From positions 1,824,001 through 1,888,000 of the forward strand of contig CAWCMR010000025.1 of assembly GCA_963796685.1 (NCBI GenBank): DNA of 64,000 bases, read 5' to 3'. The stretch comes from an uncultured delta proteobacterium. GTDB taxonomy: Bacteria; Myxococcota_A; Polyangia; Fen-1088. Below are positions 52,855 through 62,683 of the stretch, one piece after another. How positions within the stretch are numbered: position 1 is the stretch's first letter; each line of letters opens with the position of its first letter. The notes below the pieces were generated by a model that had not been told where the DNA came from, did no database searches, and worked only from the letters and a program-made list of their open reading frames with translations. The position numbers and the translations under genes were made by a program.

Positions 52855-53098
52855 GATCGAGGTCAAGAGGTCCGCCTCCAAGGAGATCGCCGACCTCCCC
52901 AAGGCGGAATGCCAACGCGTGGTCGCGCGGATCCAAGCACTTGGGGACGAGCCGCGCGCGCATGGCTGCGAGAAACTGACCGGCGACGACAAGTATCGCG
53001 TTCGGCAGGGTAACTACCGGATCCTTTACGAAATCGACGACGAATCCAGGGTGATCACCATCGTGAAGGTCGGGAATCGCAAAGAGGTCTATCGCTGA
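52841..53098 (+). CDS. RelE/ParE family toxin
   Basis: YRVRQGNYRILYEI...VGNRKEVYR. Confidence 0.92.
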   Translation: MASYRIEVKRSASKEIADLPKAECQRVVARIQALGDEPRAHGCEKLTGDDKYRVRQGNYRILYEIDDESRVITIVKVGNRKEVYR

Positions 53099-53110
53099 CC
53101 GAGCGGGTCT

Positions 53111-53184
53111 GCCCAACGCTATGGCGTTCACCTGCGGGCGGGCGCCGCAGGCGACCGACCGTCAGGTGCAACGCCTTGTTGGCC
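53111..53184 (-). repeat. attC site of the first cassette
   Basis: GCCCAAC...GGTGCAACGCCTTGTTGGCC; R'' is complementary to the attI core. Confidence 0.92.
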
Positions 53185-53291
53185 GGCCAGCGCCGCGAAG
53201 AACCAGTTTCCGGAAATCCCTTCTGCTGGCGCCAGTAGTCCATTTCTGCGCGGTTTCGGGAGCGATGAGTCCATTGATGTGCAACCGTCGC

Positions 53292-53945
53292 TCATAGATG
53301 GGGTGCCACCAACTCCATCAAGAGAAGCACGACTGTGCCAAGTCCTGCGAGAAACACAATGTACAACTCCCAAACCAGGAATTCTCGAATGAGTGCTTTC
53401 CCCCTGCAAAGACGCCAGGCTACCGCAACCACGATGGCCAGTAAGGTCGTCCCGCCCCAGAATAGAAGAGCGATTGACTGCATGTTGGCGATCCCCTTGT
53501 GGCTCAGCGTTTGATAGAGATACGCACCATAAAGGAGTCCGACGGCGAGTGCCACCGCCAGGACCTTCGCCATGAGAGATGCGAGAATCTCCTCGATCGC
53601 ATGATGGCCCTCGCGAATGAGGTGTGAACCCGCTTCCTTGATAGAACGCTGTCCCTCGTGGATAAGGTGGTCACCGGCGTTCTTGGCCTCCACGACGCTG
53701 GTCGAGATCGCCTGCTCTGTCCGCTCAATGCTTCGACGCACGTGTTGCTCGAACTCTTCGCCAGTTTCCGAAGCTGCGCTCCTGAGCTTCTCAGTCATCC
53801 TGCCAACCGATTCCTCAGCGGGTTCCAATACTGCCTGGGTACTCCCGCGTAGAAACCTCGCAAAGAAACCCCTTGCGACTTTGGGCGTGTCTAACTTCCC
53901 AGCCACCGGGCCCGGGCCGCTCGGGGGCGTAGTATCTTTAGCCAA
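53292..53945 (-). CDS. Hypothetical protein with amphipathic helical repeats and 3 TM segments
   Basis: GGAG RBS and TTG overlapping the upstream stop. Confidence 0.7.
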   Translation of the reverse strand: MAKDTTPPSGPGPVAGKLDTPKVARGFFARFLRGSTQAVLEPAEESVGRMTEKLRSAASETGEEFEQHVRRSIERTEQAISTSVVEAKNAGDHLIHEGQRSIKEAGSHLIREGHHAIEEILASLMAKVLAVALAVGLLYGAYLYQTLSHKGIANMQSIALLFWGGTTLLAIVVAVAWRLCRGKALIREFLVWELYIVFLAGLGTVVLLLMELVAPHL

Positions 53946-54074
53946 AGTGATCTCCCATGGAGCCAGCGCTCGGGTCCAACGATGTCGCTCGGACCGGGCG
54001 CCACGGCGCCGGTACCAATGCGACCATTTGTCCGTATAGAATGCCAGGGAGATCTGGCGGCACCAAGCTTATGC

Positions 54075-55485
54075 GGCTCTCCTGACATCTTCGTAAGGGG
54101 AGATCTCGTAGGTGCGACGCACGTCGTCGACGGAGATGTGGGCGGCATGAGTTTCGGGTGAGGTGGAGACGAAGTGCGCACGGGCACCTGGGGTATCGTG
54201 TGGCTTGTCTAGAACCCACAAGCCCAGGAGCCCATGCGCGCAACCACCCTATTCCGAAACCTACTCCAATTTCCACATACCCGTGTCCTGGCGGTCGAAT
54301 TCGATCTGCTTGGCATATTGGTGCACGTGGCGCCAACGACGACCGTTCCCTACTGCTCAGGCTGCGGATGTCGGGTCCATGACGTGTTCGATGCTCGGGC
54401 TCGGAACTGGCGGCATCTGGACGCGTGCGGGATGGAGGTTCTTCTGCGCTACACCCTGCGCAGGGTTGACTGTCCTCGGTGCGGCGTGGTCATCGAGATG
54501 GTCCCTTGGGCCGAGCCGAAGGTCGGCTTCACGCGTGACTTCGAGGACCATGTGGCCTATCTGGCCCAACAAGCAAGCCAGACGATGGTGGCCGAAACCA
54601 TGCGCATCGCGTGGCGCACCGTCGGCGCCATCATCCAGCGGGTGGTGCCGCGGCACCGAGATCCTAGCCTTCTCCTCGAGGACCTCGAACACATCGGCGT
54701 CGACGAGTTGTCGTACCGGCGGCACCATGAGTACGTCACCGTCGTTGTCGACCACGTCTCGCAGCGGGTCGTCTGGGCACACGAGGGCAAGAACGCTGCG
54801 ACGCTCGGCTGCTTCTTCGACGCTCTCGGCCCGGAACGAACCAGCAAGCTCAAGACCGTCACCATCGACATGTCCGCGGCCTACATCGACGCGGTCACCT
54901 CGAGAGCGCCACAAGCGCAGATCGTCTTCGACCGCTTCCACGTTCAGAGACTCGTGCAGGAAGCACTCGACGAGCTCCGGCGTGCGGAGGTCCGACTCCT
55001 GGAGGACACCGACGAACGCGGGCAACTGAAGAAGACCAAGTACCTTCTGCTCAAGAATCCGTGGAACCTATCCAGGGCCGAGTCTGAGAGGCTTTCGACC
55101 CTCCCGAAGACCAATGCCCGACTCTATCGCGGCTACCTGCTCAAGATCGCCATCTGCGACATCCTCGGTCGTCGCCAGGTCAACGTCGTCAAACAGAAGC
55201 TCGAAGAATGGATCAGTTGGGCCAGGCGATCCAGACTACCTTCCTTCAAGAAGGTCGCCGCGACCATCAAGAAATACCTGGACGGCATCGTGGCCATTGT
55301 CGCCACAGGGCTCAATAACGGAAGAACCGAGGGCCTTAATGGCAAGATCAGGGTCATCACCCGCAGGGCCTATGGCTTCCACAACGCTCAAGCCCTCATT
55401 GGCTTCATCTTCCTCTGCTGCTCAGGCGTTGTCCTTCATCCCGTCTTCAAGGTGCCCGCGCTTCCATGAAGATGTCAGGAGAGCC
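54075..55485 (+). mobile_element. ISL3-family element, intact
   Basis: TIR GGCTCTCCTGACATCTTC; 8-bp TSD GCTTATGC at 54067-74 and 55486-93. Confidence 0.95.
54234..55469 (+). CDS. ISL3 transposase
   Basis: Zn finger, IGVDE, TIDM, VFDRFH and EGLNGKI...AYGF. Confidence 0.95.
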   Translation: MRATTLFRNLLQFPHTRVLAVEFDLLGILVHVAPTTTVPYCSGCGCRVHDVFDARARNWRHLDACGMEVLLRYTLRRVDCPRCGVVIEMVPWAEPKVGFTRDFEDHVAYLAQQASQTMVAETMRIAWRTVGAIIQRVVPRHRDPSLLLEDLEHIGVDELSYRRHHEYVTVVVDHVSQRVVWAHEGKNAATLGCFFDALGPERTSKLKTVTIDMSAAYIDAVTSRAPQAQIVFDRFHVQRLVQEALDELRRAEVRLLEDTDERGQLKKTKYLLLKNPWNLSRAESERLSTLPKTNARLYRGYLLKIAICDILGRRQVNVVKQKLEEWISWARRSRLPSFKKVAATIKKYLDGIVAIVATGLNNGRTEGLNGKIRVITRRAYGFHNAQALIGFIFLCCSGVVLHPVFKVPALP

Positions 55486-56497
55486 GCTTATGCCTCCCAC
55501 CTGTACCAAGATGTCGGTCTTCCGTCGATCCAACTGGGTCAAGAGCTCAGCAGACTGATGCCGGATCTTCTCAAGGACATTCTTCTCGGAAGTGTGTGCC
55601 ATGTCGAGTAGCAGATCTAGGACCGAGGGTGCCTCTCCTTTGGGTGGAGGGGCCTTCGGCCCCAGCACCTGAGCAAAGAATCCAGCCATATCATCAAGCG
55701 GACTGGCGCCAAAACGCGAGCTGACTATTTCGTCGATTCTGAGCTTGAGGACGTTCTCGAGCTGTTCCTTTGTCGAAGGCTCTTCATGCATAGGACAGGA
55801 CGGGGCCGAGAAGGCCGATGCGAGCCAGCCAAGAACGGTGCCACCGCCTGCTGTCAGACGCTCGTAGTCTGTGGGGTAACGGTTGCGGGCCACGTTACCC
55901 GTTGACTGAATGCAATCCTGCAAAGGTACTGGCACGCGTTCTTCGATCGACTTGCGCAGATTTCTTGTCTGAGATTCAACAAAGTGGTTTGCGTGCTCCA
56001 AGAGCTTTGGCCAGGCTTGTTGTTCGAGAAAGGTCTTGGCACAGCCGTCCATGTCAAAACTCCGGGCAAGAAAGCTCGACGCTGCGACCCAGGCATCGAT
56101 CTCTGCGGCCAGGCTGCTCCGGAAAGCCATCGCCTCATCCCTGACTTTCCTTTCGAGGACACCGATGAACGTGTCAACGATACTCGCTGCATCATCACCA
56201 TACTCCTTGGCCCGCGCTTCGATCCCTTTGGCAAGCACGGAAACGAACGCGCCTACATCTGCAACAACATGGCTCCGGCTAACCGCCGCGTCGCGCGGGC
56301 TTGGGGCGGCTAGGTTCGACTCAGCCTTGTCCAGCGCCTGCTGGCTCAGCCGAGAGGCCAAAAGTAGTGCCAGGACGCTAACGAGTCCGACGAGCACGAC
56401 TACAATCCAGCTCACGCCTTGTCCCTTCGCCTGCGTATCGCATTCTCCCCCGCAGGTTCGTCAGTATTCCAGCAGAAAGTGTTCATGAGAAAGGTCC

Positions 56498-56518
56498 GGC
56501 CAACTAGTATTATGCAAC
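56498..56518 (-). other. attI site
   Basis: Minus strand GTTGCAT-AATACTA-GTTGGCC, no hairpin; core matches the first cassette's R''. Confidence 0.78.
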
Positions 56519-56675
56519 TCTAGCCCCCGTGTCCTGGTCAGTCTATCGCCCTAAGACGAGCGCTCAAATGTCCTGAGAATCCCTGGGGTTGCTGGGGCTG
56601 GAGACCGGCAAGCGGGGAATAGACTGCAAGGGGAGCCACCTCCCTGCTTCTTTTCGCTGCCGGGTTCGGTCCTTC

Positions 56676-57271
56676 TCACGTGTGGACCAGATCGCCCAGC
56701 CACTCCAGCTCGCGCCCGAGGACTGGTACAGGAACAACAGCGCGGCGAGCGCCTGGTTTTGCGTGGATGCGTCATCGACGGGTGGTTCAAAAATCCCTGT
56801 GTCGCTTGTGGCCCGAAAATCCCGGGCAGGGGCCGCCCTGCGGCCCATACCTGCCCTCATCACGGGCAAGCCCTGCAAATCAAGGGGCGCCAGAGGCGCC
56901 GAGCGAAGCGAGCTTGCCCTTGATTAGCAGGGCGGCCGTGATTTCGGAGCCACCGACAAGGAATTTCCGAGCCACCGCCAGTGAAGGGATGCGCTGACCT
57001 TCCCGTCGACGGCGAGGCTGGACAGAAAGGCGCCGACTTCGACGCCCCCCATTTGGTCGGGATGGCGCTTGCCGTGAAACACGACGTAGCGCCTGACCCA
57101 ACCCACATAGGCCCGTACGGTGCGCGGGCTGTAGTGCCGGGCGCGCAACCCGGTGCGCACGCGGTCGAGCAAGCGCGGCGGACTGGCCGAAATCTGGCCG
57201 GCATGTCCGGATTCCGGCCGCGAAAGTGGAATGATCTTGGCACCTCGGCCGAAGTCTGGATCGTTGGGCAC
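56676..57271 (-). pseudogene. intI: Integron integrase, N-terminal remnant
   Basis: RLLDRVR..LR.RHYS.RT..AY..W.RR...FHGKRHP...VSAS / TQNQAL.ALLFLY / VLGRELEWLGDLV; catalytic domain absent; start approximate. Confidence 0.9.
56772..56986. mobile_element. 215-bp MITE-like insertion inside intI
   Basis: Flanked by direct repeat GGATGCG (56765-71 and 56987-93); imperfect reiterated inverted ends. Confidence 0.75.
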
Positions 57272-57354
57272 GGGCCATCGAGTGCGTCCTGCCCATCGGC
57301 CAGCACGGGGCGAGCGGCGGGGAGGCCGGCCCGCCCGTGCCGTTGGAGGTGGAG

Positions 57355-57753
57355 CTAGGCCGCCTTGGGGTCGGCGTTGCCGTACACGTATTCGGACGAA
57401 CCGAAGCCCAGGATCGGGAAGAAGATGATGCCCAGGAAGATCAGCCCAGCGGCGAATCCGCCGCTCTTGCCGAAGGACTTGGCGAGCTCGATGTAAAGAA
57501 GGATGAGGAAGATGAAGTTGACCACGGGAATGAGGAACATCACGATCCACCACAGCGGCTTGTGCGCGATCTGCAAGAGCACGACGAGGTTGTAGATGGG
57601 AATGATCGCGGCCCATCCCGGCTTGCCGGCCTTGGTGTAGACCTTCCAGAGGGAAGCTATCATCAGGATCCCGACCGCCAGCGCAAAGATCATGGTCCCA
57701 ACCGGTAGCCCACCAGCGTGCGACTGCATCTCCGATAGGTTTGCTCGTTCCAT
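57355..57753 (-). CDS. DUF5684-like membrane protein
   Basis: WKVYTKAGKPGWAAIIPIYN and LAKSFGK. Confidence 0.85.
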   Translation of the reverse strand: MERANLSEMQSHAGGLPVGTMIFALAVGILMIASLWKVYTKAGKPGWAAIIPIYNLVVLLQIAHKPLWWIVMFLIPVVNFIFLILLYIELAKSFGKSGGFAAGLIFLGIIFFPILGFGSSEYVYGNADPKAA

Positions 57754-57991
57754 TGTCGTGACCTCCTTGGAAGTAACCGAAGTACTGCTTGGACTGCCAC
57801 TTCAGGACGCGGCCCCATGCCGCGCCTGGTAGTCGAGTATCGGGCGAATCCGTCCGTACACAAGCCCAATCGGGTTGGCGTTCCCAGCTCAGAGTCGCCG
57901 CGGCCGGTGCGAAATGGCACGCCGGCAAGTTGAAATGTCGCGCAGAGGATGAGACACTGCGTCTAACACCGGTATCAAACGGAGGTTATTC

Positions 57992-58249
57992 ATGCGCAGC
58001 TTTCCTAGACCCGCTTGCCTTGGCTTGTTCGTAGCAACCCTCGTCGCTTTTCCAGCGGCCCGTGGATTGGCTCAGCAGCCCGAATACCCGCCGCCAGCCC
58101 AGCCGGCCTACGCTCCTGCGCCGGGATACTACGCGCCTCCGCCAGGGTACTATCCTCCACCCACGGTCGCGGCAGAGGCACGCAACCCAGATTTGCTCCA
58201 CGATGTCCGGCGGGTCCGAGATCTGCGACAGCAGCCCTTCCGGAAGTGA
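57992..58249 (+). CDS. Short secreted Pro/Tyr-rich protein, probably truncated
   Basis: GGAGG RBS, signal peptide and PPPGYY repeats. Confidence 0.45.
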   Translation: MRSFPRPACLGLFVATLVAFPAARGLAQQPEYPPPAQPAYAPAPGYYAPPPGYYPPPTVAAEARNPDLLHDVRRVRDLRQQPFRK

Positions 58250-58387
58250 CCTGAAGACTCTATCGATCGTTGGGACGTTGTTCTTCTAGAGAGATGCGTT
58301 GCTGGCGCACGAGCGGGGCGATGCGTGTCGAACCGCGGCGAGTCGATTCTCGCGTTTCGCGGCGCTTCTGCTAGGCTGGTGCTGCCG

Positions 58388-58954
58388 ATGGCTGGGAAGA
58401 ATCACGCGCCCGAGCTTTCCGTGATCGTGGCCGTGCGCGATGTCGAGGACTCGATCGGCCGCGACGTGCGCGGTCTGGCGGCGCACCTGCGCGAGCGCGG
58501 GTTTGCTTTCGAGATCCTGGCGGTCAGCGACGGTTCTTGCGACACCAGCCTGACCTTGCTGCGCCTTCTGTGCGCGGAGATTCCCGAATTGTCCGTGCTC
58601 GGCCTCGCGCGCAGCGGACGCGCCTTTCGCCGCGCTGTCGCGCATGCACGGGGTGACGCCGTGCTGCTCTGGGAAGCCGATCGCGACGTGGCCTTTCCGC
58701 ATGCGGTGCTCGGCTGGGCTCGCGCTCGACTGGCGAAGAAGGCCGGTGTCGTCGTGCGTGGTCGTTTCGTCTTGGCCAACCGCATGTCCGCGCTTCCCGT
58801 CCTGCTCGCGACCAGCGGGCGCTGGGATGACTACGAGGCGCGTTTCGAGCGCCAGGCCGCCGAGATGGGGCTGGATCTCGAAATCGTGGGTCAGCGGCCC
58901 CGGCGAAGAAGTCGTCGGCTTTGGGCGCCGGTTCTGCGCATCCTGTCGGTGTGA
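58388..58954 (+). CDS. Divergent GT2-like protein
   Basis: LSVIV, FEILAVSDGSCD and ARGD. Confidence 0.65.
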   Translation: MAGKNHAPELSVIVAVRDVEDSIGRDVRGLAAHLRERGFAFEILAVSDGSCDTSLTLLRLLCAEIPELSVLGLARSGRAFRRAVAHARGDAVLLWEADRDVAFPHAVLGWARARLAKKAGVVVRGRFVLANRMSALPVLLATSGRWDDYEARFERQAAEMGLDLEIVGQRPRRRSRRLWAPVLRILSV

Positions 58955-58987
58955 TAGCGGACAAACCCTGCTAGATTTGGTTCCACA

Positions 58988-60025
58988 ATGTCCATCGCTA
59001 TCGCCATCTTGGGTCTTGCCCTTCTCATCGTGCTGCACGAGTCGGGGCACTTTCTTGCCGCGCGCCTGTGTGGCATGCGCGTCGAACGCTTCTCCATCGG
59101 CTTCGGCAATGCCTTGGTCTCCTTCAAGCGTGGCGACACGATCTACCAGATCGCGCCCATTCCCTTGGGCGGCTTCGTGCAGGTCACGGGCATGAACCCG
59201 CAAGAGGACTTCGACCACGACGATCCGTACGTCTACCCCAACCGGCCGCGTTGGATGCGCTTTCTCGTGCTGGTTGCCGGGCCCGCGGCCAATTACCTGA
59301 CCGCCATCGTGATCGGCTTCGTCGTGCTTTTGGCGTACGGACAATACACGGGCACCACCACGGTGGACGAGATCGTGCCGGGCAGCGCCGCGCAGGCGGT
59401 GGGCCTTCAGCCGGGTGACGTGGTGGCCGGCGTGGGCGGCAAGGATGTGACCAATCCCGCCGACGTGACCCATGTGGTGCGCTCGTCGGACGGTGCCGCC
59501 ATCGAGCTGAAGATCGTGCGCAAGGGCTCGCCGGTCATCATGCAGATCACGCCGCGCAAGGATTCGGCGAGCGGGGTCTACATGATTGGCGTGCGCTTCG
59601 GCCAAACGCGCGCGCGTGGCCCCTTCCTCGATGCCGTCAAGGAAGCGGTGGTCATGCCCATCGCGCTTTCGGGGGTGCTGCTCAAGAACATCTGGGATCT
59701 CATCACGCGCAAGATCCAAGGCGGACTGACCGGGCCGCTCGGCATCGCGAAGGAGATGGCTGGCGCGGCCAGGCAAGGCCTGCTCAAGTTCTTGGAGATC
59801 CTCATCCTGATCTCGGTCGCGCTCGGGGTGTTCAATCTGCTGCCGCTGCCCGGGCTCGACGGCGGCCGCATCTTCTTCGTGGGCATCAACGCCATCCGTC
59901 GCCGGGACATGAATCCGAACATCGAGACCAAGATTCACATGGTCGGGATCATGGTCCTGCTCATGCTGCTGGTCGTGGTAACCTTCAACGACATCAAGGG
60001 CATCTTCTTCAAGAAGATGGGGTAG
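58988..60025 (+). CDS. Site-2 (M50) protease, second RseP paralogue with one PDZ domain
   Basis: HESGH, PLGGF and NLLPLPGLDGG. Confidence 0.9.
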   Translation: MSIAIAILGLALLIVLHESGHFLAARLCGMRVERFSIGFGNALVSFKRGDTIYQIAPIPLGGFVQVTGMNPQEDFDHDDPYVYPNRPRWMRFLVLVAGPAANYLTAIVIGFVVLLAYGQYTGTTTVDEIVPGSAAQAVGLQPGDVVAGVGGKDVTNPADVTHVVRSSDGAAIELKIVRKGSPVIMQITPRKDSASGVYMIGVRFGQTRARGPFLDAVKEAVVMPIALSGVLLKNIWDLITRKIQGGLTGPLGIAKEMAGAARQGLLKFLEILILISVALGVFNLLPLPGLDGGRIFFVGINAIRRRDMNPNIETKIHMVGIMVLLMLLVVVTFNDIKGIFFKKMG

Positions 60026-60029
60026 CGTC

Positions 60030-60950
60030 TTGCCGAAGGCACCCAGCCGGATCCACCGGGGACTGGTTGGCGAGCGCGCCTTGGTCGGCGAGCCGTATCT
60101 GGCCGACGCGGGGCTGCGGCGCGAGTACGCCAGCGAGATTGCGCCTCGCACGGTTGCGGCGCTGGAATCGATCCTTTCCGGGGTGGTCCTGCCCGTGCCG
60201 CGCCGGGTGCTCGATTTCGGGGCCGGCACCGGCGCCACCAGCGAGGTCGTTCGCGCACGCTGGCCCGACGCCGAGATCGTGGCCGTGGACAAGGTCGCCG
60301 GTCCCGGCATCGTGCGCGCCGATGTCACCCGAGCGTTGCGGCCACCCACGGTGCAGGGCCGCTTCGATCTCATCGTGGCCGCGCACCTGCTCAACGAGCT
60401 GGCGCTCGACCCGGACGGTCGCGCACGTCTGGTGCTGGGCTGGTGCCGCGAGCTCCTGGAAGAGAGCGGTACCTGCGTCCTCGTCGAACCCGCGCTGCGC
60501 GAAACCTCTCGCGCGCTGCTGGCCGTGCGCGACCGTTTGCTCGCGGCCGGACTCTTCGTGGCGGCGCCATGCCTGTTTCAGGGTCCGTGTCCCGCGCTGA
60601 CTCGCGAACGGGATTTCTGTCACGCCAGCGCCGGTGTCATCGCGCAGGGGCGCTCGCGCGTGGACTTCAGCTACCTCGTGCTGCACAGGCAAGGCACCCC
60701 GTGCGCGGATCTTTCGCGCTTCCGCATCGTGAGCGATCCCATGAAGGACAAGGGGCGCTTGCGTTTCCACGCCTGCGGTCCGTCCGGGCGTTTGCTCGTC
60801 ACGCGCCTCGACCGTGATCGCTCGCCCACGAACCAGCGGTTCGACCGGATCGAGCGCGGCCACGTCGTCGAGATTCGCGGCGCGAGGAGCCAGGCCGACG
60901 GGCTTCGTTGCGGGCGTGACAGCGAGATCGCTTGCGTGTGGCCAGCTTAG
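60030..60950 (+). CDS. Rsm22-like SAM methyltransferase
   Basis: VLDFGAGTG, VEP, APC....CP, DFCH and FSYLVL. Confidence 0.78.
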   Translation: MPKAPSRIHRGLVGERALVGEPYLADAGLRREYASEIAPRTVAALESILSGVVLPVPRRVLDFGAGTGATSEVVRARWPDAEIVAVDKVAGPGIVRADVTRALRPPTVQGRFDLIVAAHLLNELALDPDGRARLVLGWCRELLEESGTCVLVEPALRETSRALLAVRDRLLAAGLFVAAPCLFQGPCPALTRERDFCHASAGVIAQGRSRVDFSYLVLHRQGTPCADLSRFRIVSDPMKDKGRLRFHACGPSGRLLVTRLDRDRSPTNQRFDRIERGHVVEIRGARSQADGLRCGRDSEIACVWPA

Positions 60951-60984
60951 TCGCGTTGGCGAAGGAGGGCTATGCCCGCCGGAG

Positions 60985-61155
60985 CCAGAGCGCGGGAAGG
61001 CATGGAAACCCTCTCAGTACCGCCGCCGGGGCGAAGGCCCGGATCCTTCGGTCATGAAACGTGGCAGCCCCTCACCCGCCTCGCTGCGCTCGGCGACCTC
61101 TCCCCGCTTCGCTCCGCTACGCGGGGCGAGGTGTTTCAGGTCAGGGGTTCCATAT
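60985..61155. repeat. Empty copy of the REP-like composite targeted by the IS110
   Basis: Collinear with 29395-29482 joined to 30736-30810. Confidence 0.85.
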
Positions 61156-61260
61156 CAGCGTCGGGGCCGGCATTGCCTGCGCACGTTCGTCCTGGCGGCC
61201 GCGAAGATGTATTGACGGTCCTTTCGACGCGTGAGCCCTTACTGTCTCTAGGGGGACATC

Positions 61261-62442
61261 ATGAGGACACGTCCATCGTTCTGTTCACTCGCGTCACTGC
61301 TGCTCTTCGCCCTACCGGCCGCATGCAGTAACTCGAAAGGGACCGGCCAGGGGACTGGTGGTGCTCCGGGAAACGGCGGCATCAACGACGGCAAGGGTGG
61401 GACCACGTCGAGCGGCGGCGCGGTCGGCAGCGGCGGCACGACGGCGAGTACCGGCGGTGGCTCTCCTGGGTCGGGCGGCGTGCTTGAAAGCGGTGGAACA
61501 ACGTCGAGCGGCGGCGTGGCGGGCGGCGGCTCGACGGCCTCCGGCGGCGCGACGGGCAGGGGTGGCGCGACGGGGGCCGGCGGCGCGATCACCGACGCAG
61601 GGCCGGCCGTGAGCAGCACGGGCTGTGGCGCGGCCTTGCCGGCAGCCTGCAACAACACGACGACGGGACCCTGCACCCTCGACGTCAACGGCAAAACCCG
61701 GCAGTACTTCGTGGTTCTGCCCACCGGCTATGACAACAGCAAGCCGGCGCCGGTCGTGTTCACCTACCACGGCCGGGGTGGCACGGCATCCTCGCTGCTG
61801 CCGACCGGATCGCCGTATGGCGGCGGCTACGCGCTTTATGGCGTTCAGCCCGGACTACCGAACGCGATCTACGTCGTCCCCCAGGGGCTCGATTCCGGAT
61901 CGGACTCCGGCACGGACTACGGTTGGCCCAACACCGGCGGCCAGGACATCAACTTCGTCAAGGCCATGATCGCCTGGTTGGAAACCAGTCTGTGTGTCGA
62001 CAAGGCCCGCTACTTCTCCGACGGCATGAGCTACGGCGGCATGATGTCCGAGACCATCGCGTGCCAGATGCCCGACGTCTTCCGCGCCATCGGCTCGATG
62101 TCCGGCAGCCTGTTCGGCAGCACCCGCTCGTGCGTCGCCAAGCCCATCGCGGCATGGATTACCCACGGGGATGCGGACACCACGGTCCCGATCTCGGGGG
62201 ACCAGACCGCACGCGACCTGATCGTCGCCGATAACGGCTGCGATGCGACGAACACGGGGACGATGGATCTCGTCGACACGGCCCGCATCGGCGATGCTTC
62301 AGCGACCAACGTGACCTGCACCGTGTACAACCAGTGTACGGCGGGCAACTACCCGGTAATCTGGTGTCCGGTCGCTGGTGAGGGTCACGCCATTCCCAGC
62401 TTCGCCGGCTCCGAGATCGCCAAGTTTTTCGCGCAGTTCTAG
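61261..62442 (+). CDS. Gly-linker lipoprotein esterase (feruloyl esterase/PHB depolymerase-like)
   Basis: PVVF.YHG, GMSYGG, HG..D and GH. Confidence 0.8.
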   Translation: MRTRPSFCSLASLLLFALPAACSNSKGTGQGTGGAPGNGGINDGKGGTTSSGGAVGSGGTTASTGGGSPGSGGVLESGGTTSSGGVAGGGSTASGGATGRGGATGAGGAITDAGPAVSSTGCGAALPAACNNTTTGPCTLDVNGKTRQYFVVLPTGYDNSKPAPVVFTYHGRGGTASSLLPTGSPYGGGYALYGVQPGLPNAIYVVPQGLDSGSDSGTDYGWPNTGGQDINFVKAMIAWLETSLCVDKARYFSDGMSYGGMMSETIACQMPDVFRAIGSMSGSLFGSTRSCVAKPIAAWITHGDADTTVPISGDQTARDLIVADNGCDATNTGTMDLVDTARIGDASATNVTCTVYNQCTAGNYPVIWCPVAGEGHAIPSFAGSEIAKFFAQF

Positions 62443-62600
62443 GAGGCTGGTGTTACATGGCGGACCGAGCTCTGGCGGAGCGAGGAGCCCCGACCGCGAG
62501 GCGCGAGGAGGGCGAATACTGGACGTATTCAACCGACGAGCAACGAAGCGGGCGGGGCCCGCAGCCCGCCAAGCGACGGGAGCCGTTTGACACCAGCCTC
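62443..62600. mobile_element. MITE flanked by CTAG
   Basis: CTAG-GAGGCTGGTGT ... ACACCAGCCTC-CTAG; internal GAATAC..GTATTC palindrome. Confidence 0.8.
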
Positions 62601-62683
62601 CTAGTCTCGCACCGATTACCCGAGCGACATGTCGGTCTCGTCCGGCCTCGGTGGACCGGGCATGGTACGATGGCGAGCCCGCA

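Larger units (their letters stand above)
53938..56415 (-). pseudogene. Helical protein with N-terminal TM segment, interrupted by ISL3
   Basis: Removing the IS and one TSD restores ...QVGGIS-LVPPDLPG...HFG* in frame. Confidence 0.75.
44544..57271 (-). mobile_element. Integron: cassette array, attI and intI pseudogene
   Basis: Serial attC hairpins with matching R'/R'' cores, attI near 56500 and IntI N-terminus. Confidence 0.92.

Noticed and set aside
58286-60394. Long antisense ORFs (also 4881-6911, 40426-42309 and others)
   Set aside because: Typical high-GC shadow frames opposite well-supported genes.
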